Assembly: GCA_034530875.2 (NCBI GenBank) | Contig: JAVRCJ020000030.1 | Coordinates: forward strand, 24,939 to 88,938 | Reading direction: 5' to 3' | From: Nostoc sp. DedSLP01 | Lineage (GTDB): Bacteria; Cyanobacteriota; Cyanobacteriia; Cyanobacteriales; Nostocaceae | Length of the DNA: 64,000 bases | Shown: in pieces, positions 59,960 to 64,000 of the stretch | How the letters are laid out: every line of letters begins with the position of its first letter | How positions within the stretch are numbered: position 1 is the first letter of the stretch | Program-made: the position numbers and the translations under genes | The notes under the pieces: generated by a model | What the model was told of the DNA's origin: nothing | The model's input: only the letters and a program-made list of their open reading frames with translations | The model's database searches: none

Positions 59960-60970
59960 TCAACAAAGCTTAAAACCAAGGTTTTCACTTACAGTACAAG
60001 CCGTATCTGGGTAGTCGCTAAATACGCCATCAATACCTAAGTTGAAAAATAGTTCGTATTCACCTTGGGGATTTCCTTGAAAATCTAATGGTAAAAAGTA
60101 GTCTTCATTGCGGAAAGTCCAAACATGAACCAGCAAACCAGCTGCACGAGCATCAATGGCTAAAGATGTAGGTGAGAGTAATTTATTAGTAGCACTATCT
60201 TGAGAAACCAGTAAATTTTTATGGACTCCAATCCCCTGGGCATATTTAGCAATTTCTTTTAAACCTGAAGCAGTCGCTAAATCTGCATAGTTAGTATCGC
60301 TACCATTCACGACAAGATCGTAAGGTTTCCCACTATTATTTAGTAATTGCACTAAAGGTAAATCAGTTTTTGTCGATAAATCTTGTAAATTACTCACTTC
60401 AAAAGATTGGATAAAAACCGATGCATTAGATCCTTGATAACCGTTAGCTGTTAAAGTTGCCAATAAAGGTGTTTCTAAGGGTAATCCAATAGATTTAAAG
60501 TAAGTTGGGTGTTTAGTTTCTGGATAAATGCCAATCTCAGTATTCGTTTTGGCGCTTTTATCTTTGACTAAATTAATGATTTCTTGGAATGTGGGAATTT
60601 CAAATAATCCATCATACAAGATATTTTGCGGCCGTATTTGGGGGATTCGCTCTTTGGCTCGTAGTGTTTTTAGTTCTGCAAGGGTAAAGTCTTCAGTAAA
60701 CCAGCCTGTTTTTGATTCTCCATCAATTATTTTAGTAGTTTGGCGACTGGCAAATTCTTGATGCTGAGCCACATCAGTAGTTTCAGAAATTTCATTTTCG
60801 TGACGAGCGACTAAAACACCGTCTTTTGTAGAGACTAAATCTGGTTCAATATAGTTAGCCCCTAGTGCGATCGCTAATTCATAAGCGGCTAAAGTATGTT
60901 CTGGACGATAGCCGCTAGCACCTCTATGTGCAATGATAATTGGGGGGTTTCCTGTGAATGTTTTAGCCAT
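59960..60970 (-). CDS. glpQ: Glycerophosphodiester phosphodiesterase
   Basis: IIAHRGASGYRPEHTL; IEPDLV.TKDG.LVARHE; ETKHP; IQSFE; DGVFSDYP. Confidence 0.93.
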   Translation of the reverse strand: MAKTFTGNPPIIIAHRGASGYRPEHTLAAYELAIALGANYIEPDLVSTKDGVLVARHENEISETTDVAQHQEFASRQTTKIIDGESKTGWFTEDFTLAELKTLRAKERIPQIRPQNILYDGLFEIPTFQEIINLVKDKSAKTNTEIGIYPETKHPTYFKSIGLPLETPLLATLTANGYQGSNASVFIQSFEVSNLQDLSTKTDLPLVQLLNNSGKPYDLVVNGSDTNYADLATASGLKEIAKYAQGIGVHKNLLVSQDSATNKLLSPTSLAIDARAAGLLVHVWTFRNEDYFLPLDFQGNPQGEYELFFNLGIDGVFSDYPDTACTVSENLGFKLC

Positions 60971-61041
60971 TTCTCATTTTTAAGTCTTTGAGAAACTTAT
61001 ATTATTCACTATCAACTTCTCAAATTACAAGTGTTATTTTT

Positions 61042-62592
61042 TTATTTTTTCCTTGTAAACCTATATAGTTTAATATAACGCCAACTTTCTTCATTTTCTA
61101 AGTTATATAATTGAATCATTTCCGGTTTAAAACTATCTTTTCGTTCCCAAGAATAATCTCGATTCAGCAAAATAAACACCGTATTTGCATTATCGGTAGC
61201 TTTATTAATTTTTTCTGCCAAATTGTTGCCACTGATTGTTTCGAGAATATATTTTGGTAAATATATAGCCGTTGGATATCCGTAATACTTTAATAATCTA
61301 GGCTGTCCCAATAGAACTACAGTTTTGGTCGATTCATTTTGATTTTTGACCAGATACTGAACAGCTGAGCGATAATCATCTTTTCCATATTCTGGAATGA
61401 GATAATAATTAAAGTTTGAATACACATTCATTACTATCAAAAAGATAGTAGCGATTTTTGCAATTTTAGATGCTTGGTAAAGTTTATCTTTATCTTTATC
61501 TTCCGGCTGATATTTATGTAAAAAGCTTGATGGTATCAAAATAAAAAGTGGAATGCATAGGTAAAAAGAATGGCGTGGTAGCCAATTGATTTTAGTACCT
61601 AGAGCAAACAGAAAAGTTAGTAGAAATGATATTGCTAGAATTAATGCAAATAAATAATCCGCACGCTGATACTTTTTCGCTTTGAAATCTTTGAATAAAC
61701 TTTTACCTAAAGCCAGAAAAATAACAATCAGAACAATAAAAAAAATTAGTAGCTGAGGCCAGAAATGAAGCACAACACTTATTTTATTATCACCGCGCAA
61801 ATTCTCTAGTGGTGGGCCGTAGGATGTCCCAACTAATATACCGTAAAGCACAAACATAATGTTTTGAACTATAGGTAATCCACTACGAGTAACTGCTGTA
61901 GCTGTGGGATCGGATGCAGCAGGGGAAGACAAATAAAACCAAATCATTGGTGCAGCAAAAATTACTGGAGGTATGACCCATTTGAGCCATTCTTTCAAGT
62001 TTTTAAAAACGAGTGCATGAGATAAAATCAGCGCTGTACTAAACATCATTGTTAAAACGCTGCCAAAACTTGCTATTCCAGTAAAAATGCCGAAAAACAC
62101 TCGTGGGATAATATTATTTTTTTGGTCATCCTTGAGCGAGTAACTAAAGAAATATACCTGAAGCGCAGCTATAAATATTAGTAAGGAGTATGGTCTAGCA
62201 TCTTGACTATAGAATACGCTAAATGAACTTACAGCTAATATTAAAGATGACCAAAATGCGTGTTTTATTCCATAAACACGCAGGCAAGTAAAGTATATGG
62301 TAATTACCGAACCAATTCCAAACAAAGCTGAGAGCGATCGAATTGCAAATTCACTCTCTCCAAAAAGCGATCGCCAATAGAACAATACCAAGTAGTAAAG
62401 CGGTTGGTATTTGTCGCCAGCTTCTCTATTGATAATTCTATAGAGATTTTCTTGAACGCTGCTAGCATCAGATAAAGCTAGGCTCCAGCCTTCATCAAAC
62501 CAAAGACTTTGGTTTTGTAATAAGAAAAAACGGGTAAAAATGCTAATTAGAACAATCGTAAAAAACACAATATAGGGTTTTGATTCTTTCAT
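61042..62592 (-). CDS. GT-C fold glycosyltransferase (GT39/PMT_2-like)
   Basis: SLWFDE; PLYY..L..W..LFG.SEFAIRSLS; YSQDARPYSL; many TM segments; ATG at 62592 with GGAGG SD. Confidence 0.85.
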   Translation of the reverse strand: MKESKPYIVFFTIVLISIFTRFFLLQNQSLWFDEGWSLALSDASSVQENLYRIINREAGDKYQPLYYLVLFYWRSLFGESEFAIRSLSALFGIGSVITIYFTCLRVYGIKHAFWSSLILAVSSFSVFYSQDARPYSLLIFIAALQVYFFSYSLKDDQKNNIIPRVFFGIFTGIASFGSVLTMMFSTALILSHALVFKNLKEWLKWVIPPVIFAAPMIWFYLSSPAASDPTATAVTRSGLPIVQNIMFVLYGILVGTSYGPPLENLRGDNKISVVLHFWPQLLIFFIVLIVIFLALGKSLFKDFKAKKYQRADYLFALILAISFLLTFLFALGTKINWLPRHSFYLCIPLFILIPSSFLHKYQPEDKDKDKLYQASKIAKIATIFLIVMNVYSNFNYYLIPEYGKDDYRSAVQYLVKNQNESTKTVVLLGQPRLLKYYGYPTAIYLPKYILETISGNNLAEKINKATDNANTVFILLNRDYSWERKDSFKPEMIQLYNLENEESWRYIKLYRFTRKK

Positions 62593-62808
62593 TAAAACCT
62601 CCAAAGTATTATTAATAAATGCGATTTCAAGATGTCAAACTCTCAAAAACGCATCCTACTGATGACAAATTTTTTAGTATAAAAAAACTATATTGGTCTA
62701 TGCATAATCTCAACTACGGAAAACATTATCACATACATGATAATTTGATAGTGTTAATTGTTCCGCTTCAAGAAGTAAACTTTACTCAAACTTTGTCTAA
62801 ATGAGTAG

Positions 62809-63168
<360 letters not shown>

Positions 63169-63176
63169 TACTACGA

Positions 63177-63207
63177 GGTGAATTGCGTCTTTTAGACGCG
63201 ATTCATC
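63177..63207 (+). terminator. Hairpin after the HIT gene
   Basis: GGTGAATTGCGTCT-3nt-AGACGCGATTCATC with G-U pairs. Confidence 0.55.
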
Positions 63208-63251
63208 ATTTCAAGAAATTAGAGTCATAATCAATCTTTATTAAAACTTTA

Positions 63252-63280
63252 TTTACAAAACTTAATTTTAGTTTTAACCT
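63252..63280 (+). promoter_or_regulatory. Putative psbA promoter (-35 TTTACA, 17 bp, -10 TAACCT)
   Basis: Spacing and -35 match the known TTTACA-type cyanobacterial psbA promoters. Confidence 0.55.
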
Positions 63281-63344
63281 AGTAAACATAGGTAAGTAAG
63301 TTTACTTACTGAAATTATAGATACACAACCGCATTTATAAAACA

Positions 63345-64000
63345 ATGACAGCAACCATTCAACAGCGCTCCAGCGCCAACGTCTGGGATCGCTTCGCCAA
63401 CTGGATAACCAGCACCAACAACCGCCTTTACATCGGTTGGTTCGGCGTCCTGATGATCCCCACCCTACTAGCAGCAACCGCCTGCTTCGTCATCGCCTTC
63501 ATCGCAGCACCTCCCGTTGACATCGACGGCATCCGCGAACCAGTAGCAGGTTCGTTACTGTACGGAAACAACATCATCTCCGGAGCAGTAGTACCTTCCT
63601 CCAACGCCATCGGATTGCACTTCTACCCAATTTGGGAAGCAGCATCCTTAGATGAATGGCTTTACAACGGCGGTCCTTACCAACTAGTAATCTTCCACTT
63701 CCTGATTGGCGTATTCTGCTACTTAGGACGTGAATGGGAACTTTCTTACCGCTTAGGAATGCGTCCTTGGATTTGCCTAGCATTCTCCGCACCTGTTGCA
63801 GCAGCAACCGCAGTCTTCTTGATTTACCCCATCGGACAAGGTTCCTTCTCTGACGGAATGCCCTTGGGAATCTCCGGAACCTTCAACTTCATGATTGTGT
63901 TCCAAGCAGAACACAACATCCTCATGCACCCCTTCCACATGTTAGGTGTGGCTGGTGTATTCGGCGGCAGCTTGTTCAGTGCAATGCACGGTTCTTTGGT
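63345..64000 (+). CDS. psbA: Photosystem II D1 protein, E130 (D1:2-type); truncated by the window end
   Basis: Manual translation [39 protein letters not shown]...[15 protein letters not shown]...[18 protein letters not shown]...[13 protein letters not shown]; missing from the ORF track because no stop lies in the window. Confidence 0.99.
   Translation, partial: MTATIQQRSSANVWDRFANWITSTNNRLYIGWFGVLMIPTLLAATACFVIAFIAAPPVDIDGIREPVAGSLLYGNNIISGAVVPSSNAIGLHFYPIWEAASLDEWLYNGGPYQLVIFHFLIGVFCYLGREWELSYRLGMRPWICLAFSAPVAAATAVFLIYPIGQGSFSDGMPLGISGTFNFMIVFQAEHNILMHPFHMLGVAGVFGGSLFSAMHGSL

Larger units (their letters stand above)
1598..62374. repeat. HIP1 octamer (GCGATCGC) dispersed throughout the window
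   Basis: Dozens of exact GCGATCGC copies (first 1598-1605, last 62367-62374); a cyanobacterial hallmark. Confidence 0.95.

Noticed and set aside
63274..63807. Three minus-strand ORFs at the window end
   Set aside because: They are antisense shadows of psbA.
63345..64000. Rogue, chlorophyll-f-synthase or microaerobic D1 variant
   Set aside because: D170, E189, Y161 and H190 are present, and G80/F158 are standard.

Overview
AT-rich DNA from a cyanobacterium, most likely a heterocyst-forming member of the Nostocales. The evidence is abundant HIP1 (GCGATCGC) sites, STRR heptamer repeats, SDR/REP-type micro-elements and a psbA gene. The left end holds a PG-binding/TM/HEAT protein, a DUF2141-like gene and two paralogous orphan histidine kinases. 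One kinase is intact and the other has a degenerate ATP-binding domain, and both carry in-frame repeat insertions at the same DHp loop. The centre (7.6-54.3 kb) is a ~47 kb surface-glycan locus: 35 co-oriented minus-strand genes plus a divergent wzc. It encodes ~14 glycosyltransferases, Wzm/Wzt, a Wzy-like protein, two amino-sugar modules and many tailoring enzymes (carbamoyl-, amido-, acyl- and methyltransferases, and a 2OG-Fe dioxygenase). It also encodes a leaderless DUF4082/Ig/N,N-dimethylformamidase-like protein next to a Tat-signal protein, and a small basic Zn-ribbon gene behind an SD-sequestering leader structure. The right end holds a stress cluster (Mn catalase, cupin, DJ-1/PfpI fusion, DUF2267-like, acidic protein, Rieske), then GDPD, a GT39-like gene, HIT, and the 5' part of an E130 (D1:2-type) psbA that the ORF track misses. 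No CRISPR array, rRNA, tRNA or transposase was seen. All family assignments come from reading motifs by eye, not from database searches.
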